Assembly: GCA_951406725.2 (NCBI GenBank)
Contig: OX597816.1
Coordinates: 36,022,001 to 36,086,000 of the forward strand
DNA: 64,000 nucleotides
Direction of reading: 5' to 3'
DNA from: Octopus vulgaris
Taxonomy: Eukaryota
Positions within the stretch are counted from its first letter, which is position 1, and every line of letters starts with the position of its first letter. This document shows positions 1 through 13,515 of this stretch, piece by piece. Below the pieces are notes generated by a model. That model searched no databases. It was not told where the DNA came from and saw nothing but the letters and a program-made list of their open reading frames with translations. The position numbers and the translations under genes were made by a program.

Positions 1-24
1 CATCTGATAGCCTGGTCGGTCACG

Positions 25-26
<2 letters not shown>
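1..26 (+). mobile_element. 3' tail of tRNA-derived SINE (family C, tail type 1), cut by the window edge
   Basis: catctgatagcctggtcggtcacg is identical to the tail of the copy at 2116-2405; followed by (TA)n. Confidence 0.8.
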
Positions 27-95
<69 letters not shown>

Positions 96-96
<1 letters not shown>

Positions 97-478
97 TAAG
101 TTAAAACTCGCCCTAGCGAGCGGCTTTTAACATACTATGTAGCTTTTAAGCAACTAACCCCAAACAAGAAGATCTGCAAACGGATCTCTGACTTTATTTG
201 GAGAATTTGTTGCAATTGCTTCCTCCACAATCATATTCCAATGATGATCCTATTCGTCAATAATAGTCATGTAAAAAAAAATCCCCGAAAAGAATCGCAG
301 TAATAAAAACATAGGAATCGAAAATTTCAGGATTGCAGGTCTGGATTTGGCCCGGAATATTTTTAATTTACTCACGGAGTCAGCCTGATTCCAAAATGGT
401 ATGGTACTTTGGGCTACCGCCTCTAGGAGTAAAGTTTAAAAATTATGACATACTGACATTCACATTTATTATATTTGA
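96..478 (-). mobile_element. Short non-autonomous Helitron-like element
   Basis: Minus strand starts A|TC, has a subterminal hairpin (ctcgc-ccta-gcgag, 107-120) and ends TTAG|T next to (TA)n; same layout as 21709-22011. Confidence 0.55.
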
Positions 479-516
479 TATGTTTAATTTTGTGAAACTG
501 TATTTCAATTAAAGTG

Positions 517-566
<50 letters not shown>

Positions 567-1060
567 GTGTGTGTGTCTGCGTGAGCGCACACACACGCAT
601 ATTTAATTAACAAAGCAGAAAATATAGCATCAATGATAGTTTTCAGTAGTTTGCTGACCACAGGAATTTATGTCCAGCAAAGTTGTACATCATCACCCTC
701 TTTCTCTCACATACTCACTCCCTCACTCTCTCTCTCTTATCATTGCTCTCATTGCCACCATCAACACTACTACTTTTAATAAAGTATCATCAACTTTCCC
801 TACATTTTTTTGTCCCTCCTTCTCTCCCTTTCTTTTTTGCATTTATTATATTAGATGTATATATATATATACATACATACATACATACATACATACATAC
901 ATACATACATACATACATGCAAACATACATATATATAATATAAACAGGAAAGTTCTGCATTCGAATGTCCAGTGGCATTTATATACATGAAAGTCTCACA
1001 CCAGGAACTTATATATGTGTGTGTGTGTGTGTGAGTGTGTGTGTGTGTGTGTGTCTATTT

Positions 1061-1440
1061 AGGTGTAGGCGTGGCTGTGTGGTATGTAGCAAGACGGCGA
1101 GCTGGCAGACACGTTAGCGCGCCGGGCGAAATGCTTAGCGGTATTTCGCCTGTCGTTGCGTTCTGAGTTCAAATTCCGCCGAGGTCAACTTTGTCTTTCA
1201 TCCTTTCGGGGTCGATAAATTAAGTACCAGTTACGCACTGGGGTCGATGTAATCGACTTAATACCTATGTCTGTCCTTGTTTGTCCCCTCTGTGTTTAGC
1301 CCCTTGTGGGTAATAAAGAAATAGGCATGTAGCTTGGTTCTCAAGCACATTGTTCCGGGTTCAGTACCACTGCGTGGGTGTCTGTTGATCCAACTGCCTG
1401 GTACCTTCTACTGTATGTGGATTTGGTGTGTGTGTGTGTG
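1061..1440 (+). mobile_element. tRNA-derived SINE family B (degraded), interrupted by a family A SINE
   Basis: Head ggcgtggctgtgtggta...ttccgggttcagtaccactgcgtgg matches the full copy at 48370-48784. Confidence 0.75.
1091..1326 (+). mobile_element. SINE family A, full-length, nested in family B with 7-bp target-site duplication
   Basis: ggcgagctggcag head, gagttcaaatt B-box-like motif, core tttcatcctttcggggtcgataaa; atgtagc repeated at 1084-1090 and 1327-1333. Confidence 0.9.
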
Positions 1441-2014
1441 TGTGTGTGTGTATTCATGTATGCACACACACTCACTCTGACGGAATTTTGATCGCTAGAA
1501 TCAAGATGTTCAAAATGTTGATCGCTAGAGTTAAAAATCTTACATCTATTCACCTAATGAAAATATCTCTTTTTGCATGATGTAAAACTTCTATTCATCA
1601 ATAAAAAATAATCGTCTAAAGCAGTTGAAATGAACCACAATTCATCTGTTGTTATTTGCTTATAATTCACCTTATTCGGAACATGCAACACTTGCATCTG
1701 ACATCTAGTGAATGCTGTACAATAGATGCAGTGTTTGTAACCATGAGCAACGTTGAGGACTCATTTTATATTCAATCAGCTATTTGTCATTGTACATATA
1801 ACCGGAGAATAAAAACGTGTTTGATTTAGTAAGCCCGTATTTGCATTTAAATATTGTTTATACGCGATAGTGATATCAACGACCCGATCTTGGGATTTTG
1901 CTATTTAGGGAGCTGATTCGCTTGAAAACTGAAATTTATATATCTGTACATATTGGTATATATAGACATATACATTCATATATATGTTTAAATATATATA
2001 TGTATATATATTTG

Positions 2015-2114
<100 letters not shown>

Positions 2115-2115
2115 C

Positions 2116-2530
<415 letters not shown>

Positions 2531-2568
2531 ATAAGGTAAAGTCTTCAGGTAGCGTACGAGTGGAAAAA

Positions 2569-3313
2569 TATATGAAAGAATGTTTGAAAATGGAATTTTA
2601 AATATGTTATTCACTTGACCGGTTTCATTTTTTTAAAAACAGATTGTCAAAAGTAAAAGTAAAGCTTTGTATAAGCTTTGTTCGTGTTAAGTACTGGTTG
2701 TCACAAAAGTATTAAAAGCCATATATACATTCTTTGATAATAATAAGAAAATATTAAAAACAGTTTACAAGCAAATATCTTGAGAATATATTAAACAAAT
2801 GCATTAGGAGTTCAATAAACATGTTTGTTTGGTAATATATATATCTACACTGAAGGGGATATATTTAGGAGTTTATAAAGAATTTGAGATGAACTGACCT
2901 TTGTGTAAAGCTAAGGGTTGTTTGCTATTTTAAGGGACAGTGTGGGAGGTTTGTTGGGGTGGAAGAAAGGAAGAGCAATGTGGAATTAAAAGGATTTCTT
3001 CATTTCTGTGTATATATATATATTACGACTAAACAAACATGTTTGTTGAACTCCTAATATTATCTTGAAGTCCTAATACTTTTTGTTTAATACATTCTCA
3101 AGATATTTCCATGTAAACTGTGTTTAACATTTTCTTATTATTATCAAAGAATGTATATATCTATTTTAATACTTTTGTGACTACTAGTATTTCACACAAC
3201 AAAGCTTATACAAAGCTTTACATTTTAATTTTGACGACTTTTTCCTAAAAAAGTGAAACAGGTAAAGTGAATAAACATCTTTAAAATTGCATTTTCAAAC
3301 CTTCTTTCATATA
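2569..3313. repeat. Long inverted repeat (about 280-300-bp arms, about 155-bp spacer), PLE-like, with a degenerate hammerhead in each arm
   Basis: 2569-2850 aligns with the reverse complement of 3008-3313; TTGACGA...GAAAcaggTA at 3231-3264 followed by AATAAA; mirror GAAAccggTC at 2613-2654 (-); (TA)n on both sides. Confidence 0.85.
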
Positions 3314-3374
<61 letters not shown>

Positions 3375-3375
<1 letters not shown>

Positions 3376-4232
3376 GCAAGGAATGAAGCCAGTATGATCC
3401 GATGGATGTGTAATGCCAGTGTGCCTACTCGATATAGTGTAAGTAACTCGAGAGAAATGTTGGACCTAAGAAGCATCAGATGTATTGTGCAAGAGAGACA
3501 ACCGCGCTGGTATGGTCATGGGGCGAGAATGGATGAGAATAGCTGTGTGAAAAAGTCCCTCACCCTAGCTGTTGAGGTAACCTGTGGAAGAGGTAGACCC
3601 AGGAAGACCTGGGATGAATTGGTGAAGCACGACCTTCGAACATTAGGCCTCACTGTTGCAATGACTAGTGACCGAGACTTTTGGAAATATGCTGTGCTTG
3701 AGAAGACCCGGTAAGCCAAATGAGACCATAACCTTGTGGCCTATGCCAAGGGTGTAATCAGCCCACTTATGCGTACCTTCCCTTCACTGGACGTTGCTTG
3801 CAAAGACCTTTTGAGGCAAGTGAAATCGAAATAAAATTCGATGACTGACATCCGTGCTAGTGGAGAACTAAGAGCACCATCCGAGTGTGATCGTTGCCAG
3901 AGCGGCCAACTGGCGTTCGTGTCATTTGAGCGTGATCATTACCATCGTCAATCTACTGTCACTTGTGCAAGTGTACAGGTGGCACATAAAAAACACCATT
4001 TGGCCGTGGCCGTTGACAGTGCCGCCTTACAGGCCCTCGTGCCGGTGGCACGTAAAATCACCAACTACACTCCCGGAGTGGTTGGCGTTAGGAAGGCCAT
4101 CAAGCTGTAGAAACTCAGCTAGATCAAGATACAGCCATCTGTTTCGCCAGTCCTTAGTCAAATCGTCCAACCCATGCTAGCATGGAAAGCGGACGCTATA
4201 CGGCGATGATGATGATCATGATGATGATGATG
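3375..4232 (+). mobile_element. 5'-truncated RTE-clade LINE (RT C-terminus and 3' UTR)
   Basis: ORF 3394-3714 has RWYGH..RM and GRGRPRKTW...DR..W motifs typical of RTE C-termini; (GAT)n tail at about 4205-4232. Confidence 0.9.
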
Positions 4233-4234
4233 AG

Positions 4235-4265
<31 letters not shown>

Positions 4266-5649
4266 AGCATGTATGTGTATATACATACGTGTGTTCCTGT
4301 GTGAGTGTTTCTTTCAATGTATAATATGTAATTCCCAGATCCATACTGACAAAGAAAGCATGTGGAACTGATGTTATTTCATGCAGTTCAGGAGGGAGGA
4401 GAGTTTCAGAGATGTGGAAAATTTTGGAAAGTTATTGTACGAAGGAAACAAATATGCTTAGTAAAAAAATATGAAAATTGATCTTTTAACATATTTTAAT
4501 TTCGTATGCAGTGCTGTGTTCAGCATTTGACGCATACACACATGTGTGCAAATTTTGGCATAACTGTGTATATAAGGGTGTTTGGAAATCTCAATGTATT
4601 GTATCGTGCCATATATAAAATTAATTTTAGCAAACATTGTAGTACGCTGGAATGTGCTATAAAGCAGTAGACTGCAGACACAGTACTTCAGTTAACACGC
4701 ATCTTATATGAGAAAGTAATTATTGTGAGCTTCACAATATCGCTAGACGGTAATTACATAATTACCATTGATTTTTTAAATGTATTCAAGTACATCCGGA
4801 CTATTATATACTTGAATACTATTGTCTCTTTGTTTGATATGTCTTGTCATAACAACAATAGGAATCGTTTATCGATTTCAGCGGTGTAAATTACACTGTA
4901 TTATTTGGAATTATACAAACCTAAGTAGAACATCTCCAGCCTTTCCACGAAATGATTAATTTATGAAATTTTCAACCTCTCAAATTTATTCAGAAAATTG
5001 ACTTTAGGAAGGTATTATATTTCCATAAACGAGAGCTATATAGCAATGCATGTTATTCAAATTTTTTGCCCTGGCTGATGTATATAGGCGTTTATTTACT
5101 GAATTCTGTTAATGATTAAGTTAGACTGCATATGTCAGCAGTGCTAAAAGCGATTTATCAAAAAATTAACGTGAATAAATAATAGAAAGTATATTATTAT
5201 TTTCATTTTCCTTTATTTTATGAAGCATTACGCATGGAAATATGCATATTAAAGAAATACAATGCATACGTTAAACGCTTATTTAGGAAATCGCCTTCTG
5301 TAAGAATAATAATATTTAAAACAGAAAAACAATGTTTAGCGGCAAAATTCAATGGTGCCACTGGATAATTTAATGGTAATTACATTTTACAATGCCATCA
5401 ATTTCAATGCATAAATATACAGTATCCAGCATACGATGTTAAAGTGAACGTGTTTATGGCATATTTTTAAAGTTCATAGTATCATAATGGATTAACCATT
5501 TATTAAATTTCGTTTCAATTTATTACTTAATATTATTGTATTATATCTATGATGATATTTAAAAATAACTTATATAAATTCTAAGTCTATATTGTTCCTT
5601 GCGTTTCAAACATCCATCTAATGGAAATATATTTTTTTTTTTAAATAAT

Positions 5650-5862
5650 ATTGTTTTCAAAGTTTGGCACAAGGTTTACTACTGTTAAGGGATAGGTATT
5701 AATCGATTACATCGATCCCAGTGATCAACTGGTATTTATTTCATCTTGCCCGAAAATATGAAAGGCAACAACGACCTACACGAAATTTGAACACAGAACG
5801 TAAAGCCGGATGAAAGGCTTCTAAGCATTTTACCCGGTATGGTAACGATTCTGCCACCTTGG
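5650..5862 (-). mobile_element. SINE family A, diverged
   Basis: Reverse complement of the family A core (tcgattacatcgatcccagtg...tgaaaggc...ctgcca). Confidence 0.75.
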
Positions 5863-5979
5863 ACTTTTATATACATGCCACAATATCGACCTATAAGTAT
5901 CGTCAACAATAAATAAAAAGATTGTGCCTTCAAGAGACACGGTGTTTATAATACACCAAGTATTTGACTGGTACTTTCT

Positions 5980-6034
<55 letters not shown>

Positions 6035-6037
6035 TGA

Positions 6038-6145
6038 TGCATGTGCCTGGTGTACCCTTATCAGACGGGTAGTCATGATGGGTATATTGGTCTTCGTATA
6101 TTTTACCCCAGTGTCACTTTGATGGCATGAACTGCTCTCTCACTC

Positions 6146-6216
<71 letters not shown>
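6038..6216 (+). mobile_element. 3' end of a (TAA)n-tailed retroposon inside a TAA array
   Basis: About 110 bp of non-repetitive sequence ending ctctctcactc(AAT)n with (TAA)n on both sides; tail-to-tail with the R4/Dong 3' end. Confidence 0.45.
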
Positions 6217-6217
<1 letters not shown>

Positions 6218-6230
6218 TATTATTATTATT

Positions 6231-7380
6231 CTATGTTTGACTTTTGCTTTATATTTGTACAAGTTGGCTCCAAGTCTCACCCAGAGACCTCAAGAGACAA
6301 CAGGGTTGGAAGTTCATGTTGTTGTTATGCCTAGTGTGCCATATATTTGGGGGTGGGGATGTTGTACTAATGAATGTCTAAAAAGACAACAGGTACATTA
6401 TTTTTAGTCTTCAGCTCTCCACATTTTGCTGATTTCTATTTCAAGATCTTTATATTTGCTCAGTTTTTGGTAGGTCTTGACAGATACGTTTATATCGATT
6501 GGGACAGTCATATCAATGAGGAGGCATGTTCTTTGTTTGAAGTTTTTCAATATGATGTCTGGCCTATTTGCATCTATCTTCCTGTCAGTTTGAATGGTGA
6601 AGTTCCAGAGGAGTGAGATGTGGTCATTTTCAAGCACTGGGGGTGGTTTGTGTTCCCACCAGTTTTTTTCATGGGGCAAATCCAGGTTTTTACAGATTAC
6701 CCAGTGAATATATTGTGCAGCTCTATCGTGCCTGTTGAGATACTCTGTAGGCGCTAGAAGACTGCACTTGGAGACCACATGGTCAATGGTTTCATTTTGT
6801 TGCTTGCATACACGACACGTTGGACTGCTTCTGATCTTTAATATGTTGGCCTGGTAGTTTCTTGTTGGTAGGCATTGATCTTGAGCTGCTATGATAAACC
6901 CCTCTGTTTCAGATTTTAAGCCAGAGGCCATTAGCCATTGATGGGTCAGGGCTTTGTCGATATCTGCATTATTCGCTCTCTTTGGGTATTTGCCATAGAG
7001 AGGTTTTTCTTGCCATTTATTATTCAGAATATCTAAGGCCGCAGTTTTGGCACGGGTTTTCATGCGCCTAGCTTTTTCTGTGCTTGTTTCTTGTATATCT
7101 ATCTCTAATTCCGAAATTGGTTGTATTCGGAATTCACTTAGATATTCCTTTGCCTGTTTTGTGACTGAGTATGATGCTTTCTTGTTTTCATGTTTTGAGA
7201 CAAGTTTTAGCATCCAGTCCTCAGAGTTTTTCAGGTAGGTGTCTAGGCCAATTGTAGCAATCTTCATTGTTATTGCCAGTTGCAAAAGACCACGGCCTCC
7301 CTCTTTTCTTGGCAGATAGAGTCGTTCTGTATCTGCCTTAGGGTGGTGCATTCTATGCATTGTCAACAGTTTCCTTATTT
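6231..7380 (-). mobile_element. R4/Dong-clade non-LTR retrotransposon, 3' fragment (thumb, CCHC knuckle, RLE endonuclease, 3' UTR)
   Basis: ORF 6404-7531: RLYLPRKEGGRGL, AAQDQ, CRVC...ETIDHVVSKC, RHD, NRPDI...ID...KLSKY; the ORF N-terminus is only translated (ATT)n; frameshift or deletion after EISKMW. Confidence 0.92.
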
Positions 7381-7395
7381 TTTTTTTTTTTTTTT

Positions 7396-7442
<47 letters not shown>

Positions 7443-7534
7443 ATTATTATTATTACTATCATTATTATTATTATTATTATTATTATTGTCTTTTTATCAC
7501 AGGTTTTGTTGGAACTCCTGAAGTCTTGCATACA

Positions 7535-9460
7535 TAGCGGGCTTACTACCTTATTAATTGCTTGGATTTAATTCTTCCGTATTAAATGCTTGGATTTAAT
7601 TTCATTCAATCAATTTTGAGCGAAAAATCAACTTCAGTTTTAGGAAATGCTCTATCCTTAATTGCTCTTTAATTTCCTTTTCCCTTATCCCGTTGAACTC
7701 TAGTACACAAGGTATCTTTCCGTTTCAATTTGCTAGATCAAGTCTCTATTCGGTAATTCTATCCCTGCTAGGGACTGTAACTTGCCTCGTTTGAGGTAGC
7801 TTATTCCGCACTTCTTGAGTCCATATACCATTCTAATATCAGTACTAAAAGAGTGGATCATGTTCACCAAGGAACTTACTTGTGTTTCATCTTTGCCGTG
7901 CAGTTTCAAATCATCCATGAAGAGGAGGTGTTTAATTGTTTGGTATCTTTCCTTTAGTTTGTACCCCGGGTTCATTTTCCTAAGTACCAACATCAGAGGT
8001 ATCATACAGAGAACGAAAAGCAACGGCGATAGGCTATCACCCTGAAAAATCTCTCTTCCCATACCCAGGGTGCCCAAGCTTTTTCCGTAAGATGTCAATT
8101 CAGTTTTCCATCCCAACATACTTCTCTTCAGGAAGCACGTTACATTCCGCACAGTTTCATGCAGTTCTAAGCGATCGATGATGTACGAATCTGGAACAAT
8201 ATCCTAAGCTTTGCGACAGTCAACCCAGGCCATTCCCAGATTTGTTCTCCTTCGCTTACAATCTTGCTTTTCCTATTATTTTCTATCAATAGTTGATTTT
8301 TAGTACCTCTGCATCTCCTTTTACAGCCATCTTGTCCCGGCGGTAATATATCATTTTCATCAAGAAATTTATACAGTTCTTCTGCAATTCCACTTGACAG
8401 TAACTTCCATATTAATGCGAGGCAGGAAATTGGTCTGTAATTACCAACAGCATTTCCCTTTGAGAGCATCTTTCAGGTGCGTACATTTGTCAACCAGTCC
8501 GGGATTTCTTCTTCTTCATGGATCAATGCATTAAATTGCCTGGCGAGGAATTTATGGCAACTACTGAACGTTTTTATCCCTAATCCCTGCATACCATCAA
8601 GTCCTGCAGCTTTCCAATTGCTTATTTTTTTACTTATATTTATGATACTGTCTTCTGTGAAGTGGATAGGCTGGGAATAAGGAGCTGTTTTCTTCAGCCT
8701 GCAGAGCCATTCAGCTGTAGTATTATGTTGTTCTTGCTTACTCTATATCTTAGTCCAGAAGAGTTGCCTTTCATCTGCATCAGGGACTAATCCTTATCGT
8801 CATGAATCTCGTGGTAAAATCATTTGTGGTCGGCTCTAAACAGTTTATTTTTCTGGTATTGCTTAATCCGTTGTTCAAACCAACTTAGCTTTGCTTTTTT
8901 ACATGTACATTATTGACTTTATTCCTCAATACATTCGTCAGTACATTATTGACGTTATTCGTTTTTTGATTTAGACTCTATTGGTTAATATTCTTAAGGT
9001 CGCATATAAATTCTGTCCCTTCTGTATTTAATAGGTCCAAAATTATGTCCATTATCAATCGATCTTCATTGTTTGAGTAGTCACTGATCTCAATTGTTCA
9101 TAATTCACAGGGATTATATTTTTGCGAACAATTGTCCATCTTTTCCACTATACCGATTTCATCTCTCGCATGCTCAGCGTCACTCGATATCCATCTTTTA
9201 ATAGCTTCCAGCTCCAATTCTGTTAACCATCCATTCTTTCGTATTGCTCTTGCTTGGTCACATAATTTCTGTTCAGTAATTTCGAACAGTTCCATTGGCT
9301 TCCTTTCATTCACTGTACATTCGTTTTCTGTACCTTCTGATAGGCACAACATACGCATCCACTGATGTGATCCGGTAGAAATACTCTATCATATTTACTT
9401 GTTTACTCCACTTATGTCTTGTAGCATGGCGAGCAATTGCTGGATTACGACTCGGCTCTC
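7535..9460 (-). mobile_element. R4/Dong-clade element, degraded N-terminal and RT region
   Basis: Frameshifted pieces [55 protein letters not shown]. Confidence 0.9.
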
Positions 9461-9471
9461 CTTTCTAAACA

Positions 9472-9610
9472 CTCTGAGTTCAAATTCCGCCCAGGTCGAC
9501 TTTACAGTTTATCTTCTCGCAGTCGAAGAAATACGTATCTGTGGAGCACTGGAATTGATGTAATCGACTTAATCCCTTCCCCCAAACTTGAGGCTTTGTG
9601 CCTACAGCAG
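9472..9610 (+). mobile_element. SINE family A, partial
   Basis: ctgagttcaaattccgcccaggtcgacttt...gatgtaatcgacttaatcc. Confidence 0.7.
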
Positions 9611-9613
9611 GTA

Positions 9614-9615
9614 TA

Positions 9616-9681
<66 letters not shown>

Positions 9682-9795
9682 ATTATTATTATTATTAATA
9701 TTATTATTATTATTTTTATCATCATCATCATCAACGTCATCGTCATCGTCATCATCATCATCATCATCATCATCATCAACATTGTTATTATCATT
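9614..9795. repeat. (ATT)n/(ATC)n microsatellite
   Basis: Direct reading. Confidence 0.95.
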
Positions 9796-10599
9796 TCTAG
9801 TACTTGTACGAAATGTCATGCGTCTTAAGAGTTGCTAAATTTTGTTGTTAATAATTTGTTTACTTTTTTTAAAAAAAGGTCTGCTAAATCTTTAAATATG
9901 CACGATTGCTTTTTTCTGGGAAGCGAGTGACACCTTAATTTCTCCATAAATACGTAAATTTTAGAAATACTTTCTCGGTTTACAATTTCTCTCTTTTTTT
10001 CAAATTATGGTTTGACAGCTAGCATCAGATTTATTCAGGGGATATTAAGGGGGAGGAGTCATAACACTATCGACTTTATAAAAGGGAAAGTACACTCCAC
10101 CTCCCTTCGATCAACTACATCGACCTTGTAGGTTGACTGAAAGAAGCCGTCCCTGCACGAGAACAACCACAGCAGACACGGTAAGACAACGGTTGAAATA
10201 GTAAAGATAACGTTTTAATGGACTCCGCGAATACAGGAAGCAGCAGCACCAGTTGCAACAAAAATGCAATCTCAGCGACATCAACTGCAACAGCAGTGGT
10301 AACATCAATAACACTAACATCTGCAGCAACTACAAAAGCAACGAAAGCAACAACAAAAGCAATGACTGCGAAATCTATAGCAGCAGCAAGAACAAAGGTG
10401 ACGAAGACGACAACATATATATAATGCGGTTGATTCCAGAAGCAGGCAATCTTTTCGCTGGCCTGGTCATGAAAGGCATAAAATACTTCTCACTCTCTCT
10501 AAACGAGAAGGGTGGACGTCTTACAGAATCGGCACAACTTGTGAAAGTGATTGGAACGAGAAGCGAATTTACAATTCCTCCCGATATTAATAACGAATG

Positions 10600-11210
10600 A
10601 CACAGAACCTGAAATTTGGTTTGTGGTAGCCAGTCGATTACATCGCCCCCACAACCACCATCAGCGCTTACGTTATCGTAAGGATGAAAGGCAAAATTGT
10701 CCTACGCAGGAGTTCAATTCAGAACTTAAAGACGGACGAAATTACTCATAGTATTTTCTCCGGCGTGCGCACGATTGTGGCTGCTCGTCATCGTCATAAT
10801 TATCTATGTATTATCAACACGATGTCAGAAATCTGAGAAGTGGGTGTTACTTGGATACATCGGCCATAGTGCTCGACTGGTATATTTATCGTCGACGCCG
10901 TAGGGATGAAAGGTAATATTGATCTCAGCTAAACACAGAGGGGACAAACAGGGACAGACATAGGTATTAAGTCGATTACATCGACCCCAGTGTGTAACTG
11001 TTATTTAATTAATCGACCCCGAAAGGATGAAAGGCAAAGTCGACCTCGGCGGAATTTGAACTCACAAAGTAACGCAGACGAAATACCGCTAAGCATTTCG
11101 TCCGGCGTGCTAACGCTTCTGCCAGCTCGCCGCCTTGTATGAAGGATGAAATACCGATAAGCGTTTTGTCAGGAATGTTAAAGATCATGACAACTCGCCA
11201 TCTTCGACAA
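10600..11210 (-). mobile_element. Cluster of family A SINEs: old copies at about 10600-10790 and 10830-11210, the latter split by a young copy at 10928-11136
   Basis: The young copy is near-identical to the reverse complement of 1091-1326; the old copy's 5' half resumes at 11137. Confidence 0.8.
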
Positions 11211-11219
11211 ATGACTGTG

Positions 11220-11700
11220 CACTATAGGCGAAATCCTGAAATTTTGGGAAAGATCTATTCAAACATAGAAGAAAAGATAACATATAAAGAGATATGGAGA
11301 AACAAACTGAACAGAAAAAATAACGCAAAGTCCCAAACAAAGGAAAAGAAATGCAATCAAATGATGAGAGACTTAGTAGTGTGTAAATGAAGTGTATCAA
11401 AAGAAAGAATAGAATTCTCTACGAAGACTCTTTACTTCTCTTAGACTTGCCTAGCTTGTTTTTGTCTTCATATCCTCCTTTCTTTGCACCCACTACTTTT
11501 CCCCACAATATACTTTATATTTTTCTTCCTAGTTGACATATTTCACATGATTTCCCATTCCCCCTTTCTTTTCTCCAACATCTTTTAAAATATCCATGGC
11601 TATAGTCCTTTTATCAGTCATTCCATTTCATCTTATTTCTTGATTTTTCTCTTTAGTCTTCTTCATTTTTTTTCTTTACTTAACATTTAACATTTTCCCT
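11220..11700 (+). mobile_element. Highly degraded Penelope-like remnant (RT-GIY-YIG linker plus pyrimidine-rich tail)
   Basis: RNPEILG..I and KKCN....VC resemble the PLE linker and Cys motif; followed by a CT-rich tract. Confidence 0.35.
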
Positions 11701-11934
11701 CTCAAGATGATACATCATATATAAATGCATGAATGAACTTATGTGTCCTGGTTCCTGTGTTATTCTGTTATGTGCGTAAAAATATTTTATACTATTTACA
11801 GCCAACTGCATAATATGCGAAACAAAATCCTCCTTGTAAGTCAAAATAGCTGCATGATTTCCTTCCATCATGTTATGTAGCAACATATACACATTTACAT
11901 ACATGTACGTATGTATATATATATATATATATAC

Positions 11935-12640
11935 GCAAAAATGAATATAATGCTGACATCTCATTTTAACAGATTAACAGATATATTTACTAAAATTACA
12001 TAAAAATATCTTGAAATACTGAAAAGTAAATTTATTAAAAAACAATGCTATTAGCTTCCAATGCGGTCTCCAAACGACCTCAGGCTCTCTTGCAACTCTT
12101 CTGAAAGACGTCCTTGTTTGAGTTGGTAAATGCGGCCATAATCCTTGCCTTTAGTTTATCTTTGCTGTTACAAAGTGGTTTAGTGGTCTCTCTCTCAACT
12201 GCGCCCCACGTGTAATAGACAAAGTGATGCAGTCAAGGGAGTTTGGTGGCCAGATGTTAGAGTTGATATGACCGAAGAAATTGTCTGACAGCCATGAATG
12301 GTTACTGCATTTGCGTGCCATGGTGCAGGTATAGGATCTTCCAGTAGCCACCCTCCAGATCCAGGCCAGCACTACCTCCTCCTGACACTCAAATTAGGTC
12401 TCCGTATTGATTCTGAGACAGTGTGTGAACATGAATGGAGATATGACGTCACCATCACTAGTGATCACTCCAAACGCCATGATGTCGACTGGATGTGTGA
12501 ATTTTATCGCTCTCGGTACATGCCCTGTCCTCAGATTGACAACCCAAACATTCTGCAATGTTTGTATTTTGGTTTTCAGCGACAATGCCAAGCAGTTCAG
12601 CAAGTCGTTTCCAAATGTCTGGCAGAGTTAAGTGTTATTC
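11935..12640 (-). mobile_element. Tc1/mariner-superfamily (maT/DD37D-like) transposase relic, 3' half
   Basis: IMAFGVITSDGDV, WLSDNF, IWPPNSLDC motifs; same family as 33538-34722. Confidence 0.85.
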
Positions 12641-12666
12641 TTCTCACAGACGCTGCCCAAATGTTT

Positions 12667-13200
12667 CAGGTTTTGCTTGTCACTTATATATTGGGTCAGT
12701 TTTAATTTATAGACTAGTTTTATCAAATGCTTGTATATCCAAGGCCGGGTTTGTTAGGGGTGGGGAAGATGGAGTCGACAGGATTCATAGTGGGTTTAGT
12801 CATAAAAATCAAGATTTATTTGAAGAAATATCATGGGATTCGGTAAAGGAAAACTTAAATCAAGATGTTAGCTGACAATTAAGGGGGCTCGCAACGAGCA
12901 GACCATTAATAATGAAACAGGGGAAATCTTATGATTGAGAACTATAGTTAAATATTTTAAGCAATACTGCCATGTTAAGCCGCCTTAATTGTCAGCTAAC
13001 ATCTTGATTTAAGTTTTCCTTTAGCAAATTCCATGATATTACTTCAAATAAAACTTGATTTTTATGACTATACTCACTATGATTTCTGTCGACTCCCTCA
13101 TCCCTACCCCTAGCAGACCCGGCCTTAGATATACAAGGGTTTGATAAAAACAGTCTATAAATTAAAACTGACTCAATATGAAAGTGACAAGCAAAATCTG
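12667..13200. repeat. Long inverted repeat, about 223-bp ungapped arms and about 88-bp loop
   Basis: 12667-12889 pairs base by base with 12978-13200 (about 24 non-Watson-Crick positions by manual alignment). Confidence 0.95.
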
Positions 13201-13313
13201 TACCAGGTCTTTCTTCCTGATAAATTAGTAGCTTCTAAGTAGAAAGAAAGGAGATTTTAGGCAAAATTATACTAATATGTCCATCTGTTTTAATTTAATT
13301 AAATTTTGCCGTT

Positions 13314-13401
13314 GTGCAGCTGAGGATTGATCTGCATTTAAATTGATGTAATGGTTGCATTGTTCAATTAAATGGAGTTGCGTGAAACGATCGTACTGCA
13401 T
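13314..13401 (+). ncRNA. Type-I minimal hammerhead ribozyme motif, imperfect at the base of stem II
   Basis: Stem I gtgcag/ctgcat; CUGAGGA 13320-13326; GAAA 13384-13387; palindromic cgatcg; GUA site at 13393-13395. Confidence 0.7.
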
Positions 13402-13515
13402 TACCTCTGGATATCCTTGTTGCTTATTTAGGACCTAATAACCTTATTTTTAAATTGTGTGGGTAATACCGCACTAAATTTCTACTGCCTCAACTGAAGT
13501 ACCATATTCATCTGA

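Noticed and set aside
9480-10600. Poly-I/N/D and Thr/Ala/Asn-rich ORFs
   Set aside because: Trinucleotide and decayed (CAA/CAG)n repeats
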